Shown piece after piece: positions 24,701-36,180 of a DNA stretch of 64,000 bases (positions are counted from its first letter, which is position 1; the number at the start of each line of letters is the position of its first letter). The notes beneath the pieces are model-generated. The model worked only from the letters and a program-made list of their open reading frames with translations, was not told the origin of the DNA and ran no database searches. The position numbers and the translations under genes were made by a program. Source of the DNA: Mustelus asterias (lineage: Eukaryota); NCBI RefSeq assembly GCF_964213995.1, contig NC_135820.1, forward strand, positions 3,534,001-3,598,000, given 5' to 3'.

Positions 24701-25623
24701 GTCTATATAAAATGAAGATTAACAAATATGACAGTAACAGTCCATTTGGTCCCTTGTGTTTGCTTGTCGTTCATTTATCGATCTTTGAGCACAAACCTTA
24801 AACCCTTTAATGACATGAATCTTGGAGATTTCATTATTCACTGGGTCCACCACGTTCTAGATGGTAGTGACTGTGGGTTTGGAAGGTGCTGCCTAAGGAG
24901 CCTTGGTGAGTCCCTGCAGTGCATCTTGTAGACGGTACACATGGCTGCCACTGTGTGTCGGTGGTGGAGGGAGTGAATGTTTGTGGATGGGGTGCCAATC
25001 AAGCGGGGTTGCTTTGTCCTGGATGGTGTCTAGTCTTGAGTGTTGTGGAAAATTGTGCTATTGTGTGAAAATTCTGACCCGCAGTTGCAGTGGCAAAAAT
25101 AAATTTCAAATGAAGTTCATATGCCCTTAATCGTAGAATTGTTACAGTGCAGAAGGAGGCCATTCGGCCCATCGTCCTGCAGCAGCTCACCAAATGAGCA
25201 TCGTGACTTAGTGCCATCCCCCTGCCTTTCCCCATATCCCTGCACGTTGCTTCTATTCAAATAATCATCTAATACTCTCTCAAATGCCTCGATTGAACCT
25301 TCCTCCACCACACTTCGAGGCAGAACATTCCAGAACCCAGCCGCTTGCTGTGTGAAAAAATAATGACTCACATCGCATTTGCTTCTTTTGCCAATAGCTT
25401 TAACATTGTGATGTGACTGTTCCTCGAGTTATCCTGGAAGAGTCAAGGAGGCAGCAGTTCACTGCAGAAATATTTGGCCCCTTTCACGTCCTCGGTCAGG
25501 GGAGAGTGTTTGAAGTCTCGTCACTTTGGCTGAATAGGAATAGCAGAACTCTATTTTCCGGGCACTTGCTGCTTTCCCACGTCCCTACAGTTTTCCCCCC
25601 GAAATTCCATTATTTGCCCCATT

Positions 25624-25945
25624 GGGGTGGCAGGGTGGCACAGTGGTTAGCACTGCTGCCTCACAGCGCCAGGTACTTGGGTTCAATTCCAACCTCGGGT
25701 GACTATCTGTGCGGAGTTCTCCCCATGTCTGGGTGGGTTTCCTTCGGGTGCTCCAGTTTCCTCCCACACTCCAAAGATGTGCAGGTTAGGTTGATTGGCC
25801 ATGCGAAATTGATCCTAGTGTCAGGGGGATTGGCAGGGTAAATATGTGGGGTTACGGGAATAGGGCCTGGGTGGGATTGTGGTCGGTGCAGACTTGATAG
25901 GCCGAATGGCCTCCTTCTGCACAGTGGGAATTCTAAGATTCTATG
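25624..25945 (+). mobile_element. HE1/V-SINE-like element
   Basis: Head, core and tail. Confidence 0.85.
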
Positions 25946-26456
25946 TGTGCTGGATAATGAAGTGATGCCCCATCAGTTGCATATGTCGCGGCTGCTCTCT
26001 GCTGCAGGAGGAAGGATTGGAAATGTACCCCAGAGACTGAGAGAATGTTGCCCACTTTACCAGCAGAGCCTTGTCTCAGTGTGGCTGCACTTGTGTTCGA
26101 TTCAAAGAAACCTGTGCAGGAATCGCTGGGAGAAATGATTCTCCAACGCCGGTATCTCATCACAGTATTCTCCGGCCTCACCTGCGGCTGGGATTCTCCA
26201 GACCCGCTGCTGTGGACAGGGATTTGGCTGAGTGCCAAATTTTCCATTCTCGCTGCCAGCGGACCGGAGAATTCTGGTCAGTGATACCGCCACGGTTTAG
26301 AATGTCCCTTTTACGGATGCTCCTGGAGTAATTCCGTGCAGTTGCACTTTCTAAACTGTTTAGGATTTGCTGGTTCAGTGAGAGTTTGATCCGGATTGAG
26401 AGTAATCCGGCTCCGAGAATGTTTCCTAATGGCCTCAATGCTTGTTGTTCTTGCAG

Positions 26457-26795
26457 TTGCTGCCAGTGACCAGGTTACAGGTGTGACACTCACTGCTTTT
26501 GCTGGGGCGAGGGTGCTGCTCCCGTGCCAGGGAACAGGATACAACACAACATTGGTGTACGTTGCCTGGAAGAAGGAGACTGAAGAGAATGATATCGCTG
26601 TGAACAGCCCTCGGAACGGGACAAGCATCCCAAATGCACATTATTCCAGTCGCATGGTTTTCAGAAACAATTCCCCGTTGGATGGATCCATTGTATTAAA
26701 TTCTTTGGAAATGCAGGATGAGGGAATGTATATTTGTGAGCTCTCTTTATTCGCTCAGAGAATACAAAGGAAAACCATGAATTTGACAGTTGTAG
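26457..26795 (+). CDS. Ig V-set domain exon of a nectin/PVR/CD96-like cell-surface protein
   Basis: Acceptor cttgttgttcttgcag, donor G|gtatgt, phase 1-1, 339 nt; VLLPC...VAW...DGSIVL...DEGMYICE...NLTVV with the canonical Cys, Trp and DxGxYxC. Confidence 0.9.
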
Positions 26796-27077
26796 GTATG
26801 TATTTTCCCAGGAGCACTGTTGATGCGTGGGGGTAAGTGTGATAATCATGCAGAGGATGGGGGGTGGGTCGGGGGAGGGGGGCGGTGGGGGGGTGGTGGG
26901 CAGTGTATTGGATTGTGCATCCAGGTGAAAACTTAATACCTCTGCAATCATCACCAGAATATTGCTGCATCATTCTAATGTTTGAATCCAGCCACATTCT
27001 AGCTCATATTTGTATCAGAGAGGTTTTAATTAAATATCTGTTTCGTGGTTGCGAAGTGGTTGTGAGTGGAAGCTGGG

Positions 27078-27372
27078 AGGGCGGCACGGTGGCACAGTGG
27101 TTAGCACTGCTGCCTCACAGCGCCAGGGACCCAGGTTCAATTGCTGGCTTGGGTCACTGTCTGTGCGGAGTCTGCACGTTCTCCTCCTGTCTGTGTGGAT
27201 TTACTCCGGGTGCTCCGGTTTCCTCCCACAGTCCGAAAGACGTGCTGGTTAGGTGCATTGGCCATGCTAAATTCTCCCTCAGTGTCCCAAACAAGCGCCG
27301 GAGTGCGGCGACTAGGGGATTTTCACAGTAACTTCATTGCAATGTTAATGTCAGCCTATTTGTGACCAATAG
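27078..27372 (+). mobile_element. V-SINE-like element, type B tail
   Basis: Head, core and type B tail. Confidence 0.85.
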
Positions 27373-27509
27373 TTAACTTCAGGATTATATTAAAATGGAT
27401 TGATTCGGCTTCTCCCATTACTGGGACTGACATTCTGCAACAGAAATGTGCGAGTACGCTTTATTCCCTGCGGGAATACACAGGAAAATGGTGACTGTAA
27501 GGACTTTAG
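27372..27509 (+). pseudogene. 3' remnant of a second Ig V exon
   Basis: VNFR..NGLIRLLPLLGLT[frameshift]SATEMCEYALFPAGIHRKMVTVRTL then phase-1 donor G|gtgtgt, matching DGSIVL..MYICELSLF..IQRKTMNLTVV G|gtatgt. Confidence 0.7.
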
Positions 27510-28174
27510 GTGTGTATTCCCCCTGGATCATTGAAGGTTTATCTGTGGTGATGCCTAATAATCCTGTATTGGTGTTGGGGATGTGGATGACACAAAAATA
27601 AGTGGGAAGGTAAGTTGTGGCACAGTGGTTAGCACTGCTGCCTCACATGGGTTTGATTCCCGGCTTGGGTCACTGTCTGCGTGGGTTTTCTCCGGGTGCT
27701 CCGGTTTCTTTTCACAGTCCAAAGATGTGCGGGTCAGGTTGATTGGTCACGCCATACTGCCCACAGTATCCTGGGATGTGTAGGTTAGAGGGATTAGCAG
27801 GGTAAATTTGTGGGGATAGGGGCTGGAGTGGGATTGTTGTCAATGCAGACTTAATGGGCTGAATGGCCTCCTTCTGCACTGCAGGGATTCTAATTCCATG
27901 TGGGATGAATGCTGGATCATTGACACTGAAGTGAATTCGTCCCCCCTGCAGTTATCAACAACTACAGGTGTTGCATATTTCCAATTCTTCATTCCAAGTC
28001 AGTTTTAGCCCCCATGCTCAGTTTTAGCACAGGGTCATTAATGCGATACTTGACTATTCTCTGCTCAGCGGTCATGTATGAAGCTTTCACTGAAAGGAAG
28101 GTTGTGAGTGTTACACCAAGACGATGAAAGTTCATTATATCCACCTTCTCCCACTATGGAGAGCCGCAGTCTGC

Positions 28175-29035
28175 AATGTAACTGGAGGAGTGTCACTGGG
28201 ATCAATGCTGGGGCCACAGTCATTTCCGATAAATATTAATGACTTGCAAGAGGGAAGTGAACAGGCTAATGCCAAGATTGCAGATGACACATAAATAGGT
28301 GGGAAGGCAAGTGCTGAGGATGGCACAAAGGCCGAATTCTCCAGCAGGATTTTCCAGTCCCATCGGCAGCCCACCCTCGCCTGCGGGTTTCCCCCCGGGG
28401 GGTGACATCAATGGGGATTCCCATTGACGGGGGGGCAGGCAGAGAATCCTGCCATTATCAAACAATGTGCCACCTCCCACCCACGGGAAATATGCGGCTG
28501 GGAGGCCAATGAATCTCAGCCATTTTGTCTACAGAGGGATACAGCCAGGTTAAATAAGTGGGCAAAATAAACTTGGCTGATGGATTATAATGTGGGAAAG
28601 TATGAAGTTATGCACTTTGGTAGGAAGAATAAAGGAGCTTAGTTTTATTTAAATGGAGAAAGACTGCAGAAAGCCGCACTGCAGAGGGATCTGGAAGTCC
28701 TAGTGCATAAATCACAAAAAGCTGGCATGCAAGTTGAGCAGGTGATAGAGAAGCAAATGGAATGTTGGCCTTTATTTCAAAGGGAATAGAGTATAAAAAT
28801 AGGGAAGTCTTGCTAAAACTGTACAAGGCATTAGTTAGACCACACCTGGAATACTGGGAACTGATCTGGTCCCCTTATCTAAGGAAATATATACTGGCAT
28901 TGGAGGCAATCCAGAGAAAGTTCACGAGGTTGATCCCGGGTTTGGAGGGATTTTCTTATGAGGAGAGGTTGAGTAGGTTGAGCCTGTACTCATTGGAGTT
29001 TAGAAAATTGAGAGGTGACCTTATTGAGACATATA
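28175..29035 (+). mobile_element. CR1 fragment interrupted by a MITE-like insert (28330-28522)
   Basis: INDL..AKIADDT; LYKALVRPHLEY..LRGDLIETY. Confidence 0.8.
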
Positions 29036-29689
29036 GGGGGCGATTCTCCCATTCCGACACGCTAATTTTTTGGCCGGTTGAGTCGGGAGATGCGGGCATG
29101 CGCGGATTCATGGGATTCACGCATGCGTTCCCAACTCACGTACATCTCCCACCGCAGGATATACGTGCCGCCGGGACCACACAAGAAACCGGCGGGAACA
29201 CCAGGTAAGTTATTTTAGTCTATTTTTAATGTGGTTCAAATGTGATTATTGGGCCGGGGACTGAATTCTCCAGGCCCGATAGCATCTCCCACTCTGCCAG
29301 TACAAATTTGTTTCGGCAGGGTTTCGAGTAGCTCCCCATTTTCAGGGAACTAATGGGAGACCACGCTGGGGTGAAGAGGGGGCAATCGGGGTCTCCCAGG
29401 GGTTCGGGTGGCGGGGAAACTCCTGCTCAATTGGAACAGGATTAAATTTATCTCATTGAGTTTCTGGGTATCTGCAATGACAGGGTTTCTGGGAGGTTCG
29501 GAATTAGCGGTTTTGTTTGATTTCACCACCTGTCCATTTGTAAACCCCAACTGAATATATTAAATAAGTCAAAGACTAACATATTGTTCCAGAGCACAGA
29601 TTTAAGCAATTATCTGCTGGATGTACAGTTATTAAAATAACTTGTTTGCAGAAATTCGAGATTATTTTAACTTTGGCCAATTTGGTTCC

Positions 29690-30485
29690 ATGAATAGTGG
29701 CGAGTAACATTCACGCCACACAAATGCCAGGCAATGACCATCACCAATAAGAGACACTCTAACCACCACCCCTTGACATTCAATGGTGTTACCATCACTG
29801 AATCCCCGACTGTCAACATCCTTGGGGTTACCATTGACCAGAAACTCAACTGGACTCACCACATAAACACAGTGGCTACAAGAGCAGGTCAGAGGTTGGG
29901 AATACTGCAACGGTTAACTCACCTCCTGACTCCCCAAAGCCTATCCACCATCAACAAGGCATAAGTTAGGAGTGTGATAGAATACTCCCCATTTGCTTGG
30001 AAGGGTTGCAGCTCCAACAATTCTCAAGAAGCTCGACACCATCCAGGACAAAGCAGCCCCGCTTGATTGGCACCACATCTACAAACATTCAATCCCTCTA
30101 TCACCGACGCTCAGTAGCAGCAGTGTGTACTGTCTACGAGATGCACTGCAGCAATTCACCGAAGATCCTTAGACAGCACCTTCCAAAACTATGACCACTT
30201 CCACCTAGAACGACAAGGGCAGCAGATACATGGGAACACCACCATCTGCAATTTCCCCTCCAAGCCACTCACATTCCTGACTTGGAAATATATCACCGTT
30301 CCTTTGCAGTCGCTGGGTCAAAATCCTGGAATCCCCTCCCTAATGGCATTGTGGGTCAACCCACAGAAATGGACTGCAGCGATTCAAGAAGTTTGCTCAC
30401 CACCACTTTCTCAATGGGCAACTAGGGATGGGCACTAAATGCTGGCCAGCCAGCGATGCCCATGTCCCATGAATGAATAAAAAAA
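29690..30485 (+). mobile_element. L2/CR1-clade LINE 3' fragment sharing its tail with the Deu-SINE-like elements
   Basis: ILGVTIDQKLNWTHHINTVATRAGQRLGIL; tail gggcaactagggatgggcactaaatgctggcc. Confidence 0.75.
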
Positions 30486-30589
30486 ATGTTTTGTACTATG
30501 AAAATTGCTACATCAATGCAGCAAGTTGTTGTAGTGCAGAATGGACTTTGTGACAAGAGACTTTAGTTATCTGAACACATTTTTCAAAA

Positions 30590-30970
30590 ATTCACTTATG
30601 GAATGTGGGTGGATCAGTATTTTTTGCCCATCCCCTACTGTCCCTTCAGAAGGTGGTGGTAAGCTGCCGACATGAACCGTTGCGATTGTTGGTGTGTTGG
30701 TGCACCCACAGTGCTGTTAGGGAGGGAGTTCCAGGATTTTGACCCAGCAACTGTGAAGAATGGCCGATATATTTCCAAGTGAGGATGGTGAGTGACTGGG
30801 AGGGGAACCTTCTGTTGCTGCTGTTCCCCAAGTATCTGCTGCCCTTGTCCTTCTCGATGCTTGTGTGCATGGGTTTGTAAGGAGCCTTGGTGGGTTGTTG
30901 CTGTGCATCTTGTAGGTGGTACACACGGCTGCCAACGTGCGTCGGTGGAGGAGGGAGTGAATGTTTGTGG
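30590..30970 (-). mobile_element. Older copy of the same L2-like LINE
   Basis: Reverse-complement similarity to 30080-30480. Confidence 0.7.
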
Positions 30971-31194
30971 AAGTCACACTTTCCAGGAGACCTGTTAAAC
31001 TGTGCTGGTTTCCTTTGTTATTCAAACACGCATGGTTCCTGCAAGATTAAAAATGATCACTTTTTAATGTTTTGGCATTGTGTAGAGTTAATAACTGTTT
31101 CTTGTTGCTGCGGCCACTTCTACAAATGTACAAAGTTGGATTTTTTGCTACACTGGAGGCACTGACCACATGAACACAATGATTTCCCCCATAG

Positions 31195-31297
31195 ATCTAC
31201 CGGAAGTGACCATAACACGCTATGATGGCAAAGGGGGTGTCATCCTCAGGTGTGTCGCGGAAGCCAATCCTCCAGCAGGAACCTATTCTTGGCGAGG
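31195..31297 (+). CDS. First half-exon of a membrane-proximal Ig C2 domain (nectin D3-like)
   Basis: Acceptor ttcccccatag, donor GG|gtaaat, phase 1-2; DLPEVTITRYDGKGGVILRCVAEANPPAGTYSWR resembles nectin D3 (PEVTI..FDG..V.L.C.A.ANPPA..Y.W); in frame with the V exon. Confidence 0.85.
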
Positions 31298-31429
31298 GTA
31301 AATCTGTGCTGAATCTATTGAGAATTTCATTGTGGATATTTCCAAACTTGTGGGGATAATGGATGGTTCAGAATTGTGATGTGCCCATTAAATGTCAGAC
31401 AAATACACAATGGCAAGGTAATGGTTAAG

Positions 31430-31628
31430 ACTCACCTTCCAACCATGATCTTGCAATTGTATCTTTGTCTATACTTGCCGTGTTTGTGAAACCTACCTCT
31501 CCACTCACCTGATGAAGGAGCAGCGCTCTGAAAGCTCGTGATTCCAGATAAACCTGTTGGACTTTAACCTAGTGTTGTGAGACTTCTTAATGTGCCCACC
31601 CCAATCCAACGCCGGAATCTCCACATCA
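31430..31628 (+). mobile_element. Penelope-like 3' end with a hammerhead motif (31501-31540)
   Basis: ccactcacCTGATGAaggagcagcgctctGAAAgctcgtg. Confidence 0.75.
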
Positions 31629-32062
31629 TCTTTTTTTCATTCATTCGTGGGATATGGGCGTCGCTGGCTGGCCAGCATTTATTGCCCATCCCTAGTTGGT
31701 CGAGGGCAGTTGAGAGTCAACCACATTGCTGTGGCTCTGGAGTCACATGTAGGCCAGACCGGGTAAGGACGGCAGATTTCCTTCTCTGACGGACTTTAGT
31801 GAAAAGATAAGTTTTTTCCAGCAATTGACAATGGTTTCATGGTCATCAGTAGATTCTTAATTCCAGATTTTGTTCTGGAATTAAGGTGGGATTCAAATCT
31901 GGGCCCACAGAAAATTTGCTGAGTTTTTGGATTAATGGTCTCGCAATAATATCACTGGGCCATCACCTACCCGACTTTCTGTTGCTGTTTCCAGAAACCC
32001 TTTTGACCCCTCAACCCCTACTCTTGATCTGACCCACTCATTTGTCTTACTGTCCTTCCTGA

Positions 32063-32941
32063 GGCCGGCACGGTGGCACAGTGGTTAGCACTCCTGCCTC
32101 ACAGTGCCAGGGACCCGGCTTCGATTCCCATCTTGGGTCACTGTCTGTGTGGGGTTTGCACGTTCTCCCCGTGTCTGCATGGGTTTCCTCTGGGTGCTCG
32201 AGTTTCCTCCCACAGTCTGAAAGACGGGCTGGGTTAGGTGCATTGACCTGAAGAGGCGCCGGACTGTGGCGACGAGGGGAATTTCACAGTAACTTCATTG
32301 CAGTGTTAATGTAAACCTTACTTGTGATATCAATAAATAAACTTTCAGAAAAATCTTTTCTTTTTCTTTATCCAGCGATTGTCAACATTGTCTTCTTTCT
32401 TGTCTGGTTTTCTTCAATCATCCCACAATCCAATCTCAATATTATCCACCTGTCCCCTCCTTCTTCTTTCTCTTTTCTGTTTATCCTCATTTCCTCCATC
32501 AATTGTTGCTGATCCTCCACCAAAGCCTCATTTCAAAAGCTGTTCTCCTTCACTCAGCCTCACACTTCAGAGTCCAGTTCTCAGCTCCATGGAGTGCAAC
32601 ACTGCTCTCTAGTGACTGGACTAGACATAGATTATCATAGAATCCTACGGTGCAGAAGGGGGCCATTCGGCCCATCGAGTCTGCACCGACCACAATCCTT
32701 CCCGTAATCCTTTATATTTACCCTGCTAATCCCCCTGACACAAGGGTTAATTTAGCATGGCCAATCAACCTAACCTGCACATCTTTGGACTGTGGGAGGA
32801 AACCTGGGCACCCGGAGGCAAACCACACAGACAAGGGCAGAATGTGCAAACTCCACACAGACAGTGGCCCGAGGTCGGAATCGAACCTGGGTCCCTGGTG
32901 CTGTGAGGCAGCAGTGCTCACCACTGTGCCACCGTGCCGCC
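32063..32941. mobile_element. Two V-SINE-like elements (+ 32063-32345; - 32625-32941)
   Basis: Heads, cores and tails. Confidence 0.85.
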
Positions 32942-32942
32942 T

Positions 32943-34450
32943 CATTGTTGGAGTTTTATCAAGCCCATTTTAGAATCATACAATGATATAGCACAGAAGG
33001 ATCCCATTCAATAATGTTGGAAAGCCTAATTATTGCCCTCAGACCCTGATCATTCATCACAGTGCTGTAAATGTTACGTTTAAGCGTATTTATTTGATTC
33101 CCTTTTGGAAAGTACTCTACAATCTCCATTCAGCACCGTTCAGACAGTGACATTAGATCAGAGCACCTCATTCCCCAGAGAGAAATCACACCTTCCCGCT
33201 GATCCTATCCAGAACTGTAAAAATCTCAGGTGGGATTTTATGACCTCGCTCAAGTCAGACCGGAAAATCCCACCTAAGGTCAACAGACATTTCCATTGTC
33301 TGCCCCTCACCCGCTCCGATTCTGTGGCAGATAGGAGGGTAGAATTCCCATGCTCTTTCCTGCACTTACAACATTTTGTGTCACTTATTTACGCGATCGT
33401 AATTTTGCACATCTCTGTTCAATGACCTAAAGTGCCCTTCAGTTCTGAGAGGAATGCACAACTTGTTCAATCTCCTGTCAAACAGCTGGAGAATCACAGC
33501 TTGGTCTGACTCCTGCTCTGACCAAGACCCCAAGGAACTACAAAGGGTCGTGAACGAAGCCCAGTCCATCACGCTGCAGAGGGATTGAAACCCGCAATCC
33601 TTTTATTCAGGAATCAGACGGCCACCCTGCTGAGTGACAACTACTGAGTGGAGAGAGGCGGCTGGGGGTTAAAATGAACGCGAGTTGTAACATAATTGTG
33701 AGGTGATGCATCTTTGTGGGAGGAACATGGAAAGACAATATAAAATAAGGGGTAAAATTCTTTAAGCGGGTGCAGGAGCAGAGGGACCTGGGTGTATATC
33801 ATTGAAGGTGGCAGGACAGGTGGAGAGAGCAGTTAATATAACATAGAGCACTCTGGGCTTCATTAATAGGGGCATAGAGTATAAATGCAAGGAGATTATG
33901 CTGAACTTGTACAAGATGCTAGATCGACCTCAGCTGGAATATTATGTACATCTTATTTAACCTCTCCACACACAGTTGAGGATTCCCATCCCTGACGTAT
34001 TTCCCAGTCAATCTCCCTCTCTGCCTTCACTCTGTGATACCTCAAATCGACAAACCGACTTACAAAGTTATTGATGAAGTTGCCTGACTCTCAAATACAG
34101 GCAGAACTCTGAACATCGCACTTCGACCTTTGATGAGGTGGAGAACTCTCCTCACCTGGGATAGAGATAACCACGAGGAAATGGAAGAAACCGGTTACGA
34201 TGTGTAGAATGATTGGTCCTTCCATTGTGGAAGGATGGGTGATCTCATTCACTGACTCTGATAGACACGACTGGAGTCTGGGCTCAGATCCTCAGTTGAA
34301 ATCAGTACCTGACTTTTACAGGATGGTAACCCCCGAGTGACACAGTCGCTGTTAGTTCCCGTGTATTGAACACACTCATTAAGAATAAGTCCTTATCTCA
34401 TTGTACATTCCCTCAGCCCCAACATATTCCTCAGGGAAATGGAACAAGGC
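32943..34450 (-). repeat. Diverged paralogous block of the GPCR promoter, exon 1 and intron 5' part (homologous to ~55560-57990)
   Basis: Colinear matches, e.g. cagaccctgatcattcatcacagt (33040 vs 55965) and gatgggtgatctcattcactgactctga (34234 vs 57795). Confidence 0.85.
34156..34225 (-). CDS. Orphan exon 1 of a second GPR139-like receptor (MEGPIILHIVTGFFHFLVVISIP)
   Basis: ATG at 34225, 70 nt, donor CAG|gtgagg; same structure as 57717-57786; no exon 2 found in the window. Confidence 0.8.
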
Positions 34451-34529
34451 AGGAACGAAAGAAAGTTCACTAACAATTAAATATGTTTGCTTTTTTCCCC
34501 TATCAGTGTTGCATCATTGATGTTACATA

Positions 34530-35275
34530 GAAACATAGAAACGAGAAGCAGGAGTAGGCCATTCAACTCTTCGAGTCTGATTATCTTATTCAACATCCTG
34601 ATCCTCCCTCCCCCCATATCCCTTGATCTCTTTCGCCCAAGAACTGTATCTAATTTCTTCTTGAAATCACACAACATTTTGGCCTCAACTACATTCAGTG
34701 GTAGTGAATTCCACACATCACCACCCTCTGGGTGAAGCGATTTCTCCTGACCTCAGTTCTAAAAGGTTTAGCCTTATCCTCAAAGTATAATCCCCTCGTT
34801 CTGGACTCCCACAACATTGGGAACATTCTTTCAGAACTTATCCTGCCTAACGAATCCTGTTAGAATATTATAAGTTTCTATGAGATCCTCTCTCACTCTT
34901 CTGAACTCCAGTGAATATAATCCTAACCGACTTAGTTTCTCCTCATATGACAGACCTGCCATCCCAGGAATCAACCTTCGCTGTACTCCCTCCATAGCAA
35001 GGACATCCTTCCTCAGATAAGGACACCAAAACTGCACACAATACTCCAGCTGTGGCCTCACCAATGCCCTAGACAACTGCAGCAAAACATCCCTATCCCT
35101 ATACTCCAATCCTCTCGCTCTGAAGGCCCACATTCCATTATCCTTTTTTACTGCCTGCTGTACTTGCACGCTTACTTTCAGCTACTGATGCATGAGGACG
35201 CCAAGGTCTTGTTGAGTATCGGCCTCTCTCAATTTACACCCATTCAAGTAATAATCTGTCTTCCCATTATTGCTA
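34530..35275 (-). mobile_element. CR1 LINE 3' fragment
   Basis: LVRPQLEYCVQFWCPYLRKD; tail tttctatgtttctatg. Confidence 0.85.
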
Positions 35276-35669
35276 CCTATTATTGGCGTTTCATTTCAGA
35301 TCAATGGTCTGGTTCTAATTTTAATTCTGATTTCAGTCACTCTCTGCATTATTGACAAGGAAAGGGTTCATGCACAGAATTGTATTGGAGTGGATTCCCA
35401 AAAAAATCCTTGGTTTTAAGCCAAGGGAAACTTCTATTGTTGCTATCTGATTGTTCAAAGCTTCCATCTTAGGTACAAGTGGCTCAGGACGTTCCATAAA
35501 CAAAGCACCATCTCCACACTTTAAAGGTGGTCCCTAGGGCAGCATGGTGGCAGAGTGATTAGCGCTGTTACCTCACAGCCAGGATGTGGAGATGCTGGCG
35601 TTGGACTGTGGTGGGCACAGTAAGAAGTCTCACAACACCAGGTTAAAGTCGAACAGGTTTATTTGGAAT

Positions 35670-35710
35670 CACGAGCTTTCGGAGCGCTGCTCCTTCATCA
35701 GGTGAGTGGA
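35670..35710 (-). ncRNA. Minimal hammerhead ribozyme motif (Penelope)
   Basis: Reverse complement: tccactcac CTGATGA a GGAGC agc GCTCC GAAA gctcgtg. Confidence 0.7.
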
Positions 35711-36139
35711 GAGGTAGGTTGTACAAACACGGAATATATAGACAGTGACACAATTGCAAGATAATTACAGATTGGATTGTGAAGAATGATTGGAATGCGA
35801 GTGGTAACTGGTCATCAAGTCTTCACAGGTACAAACAGTCTGAGTGGAGAGAGAGGTAACCACAGTTTAAAAATCATAGAATCATAGAAGCCCTACAGTG
35901 CAGAAGGAGGCCATTCAGCCCATCGAGTCTGCACCGACCAGAATCCCACGCAGACCCTACCCCCATATCCCAACATATTTACCCACTAATCCCTCAAACC
36001 GACACATCTCAGGACTCTAAGCGGCAATTTTTTAGCATGACCAATCAACCTAACCCGCACATCTTTGATGTTGGACTGGGGTAAGCACAGTAAGAAGTCT
36101 CACAACACCAGGTTAAATTCCAACAAGTTTATTTGGAAT

Positions 36140-36180
36140 CAGGCGCTTTCGGAGCGCTGCTCCTTCATCAGGTGAGTGGA
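36140..36180 (-). ncRNA. Minimal hammerhead ribozyme motif (Penelope), tandem partner
   Basis: Same CTGATGA-stem II-GAAA core. Confidence 0.65.

Noticed and set aside
23580-24725. Long His/Thr- or Val/Cys-rich ORFs
   Set aside because: Translations of the (GT)n microsatellite and N runs
32324-32612. Hydrophobic ORF after a pyrimidine tract as the Ig TM exon
   Set aside because: Low-complexity pyrimidine-rich sequence with no donor or basic stop-transfer residues
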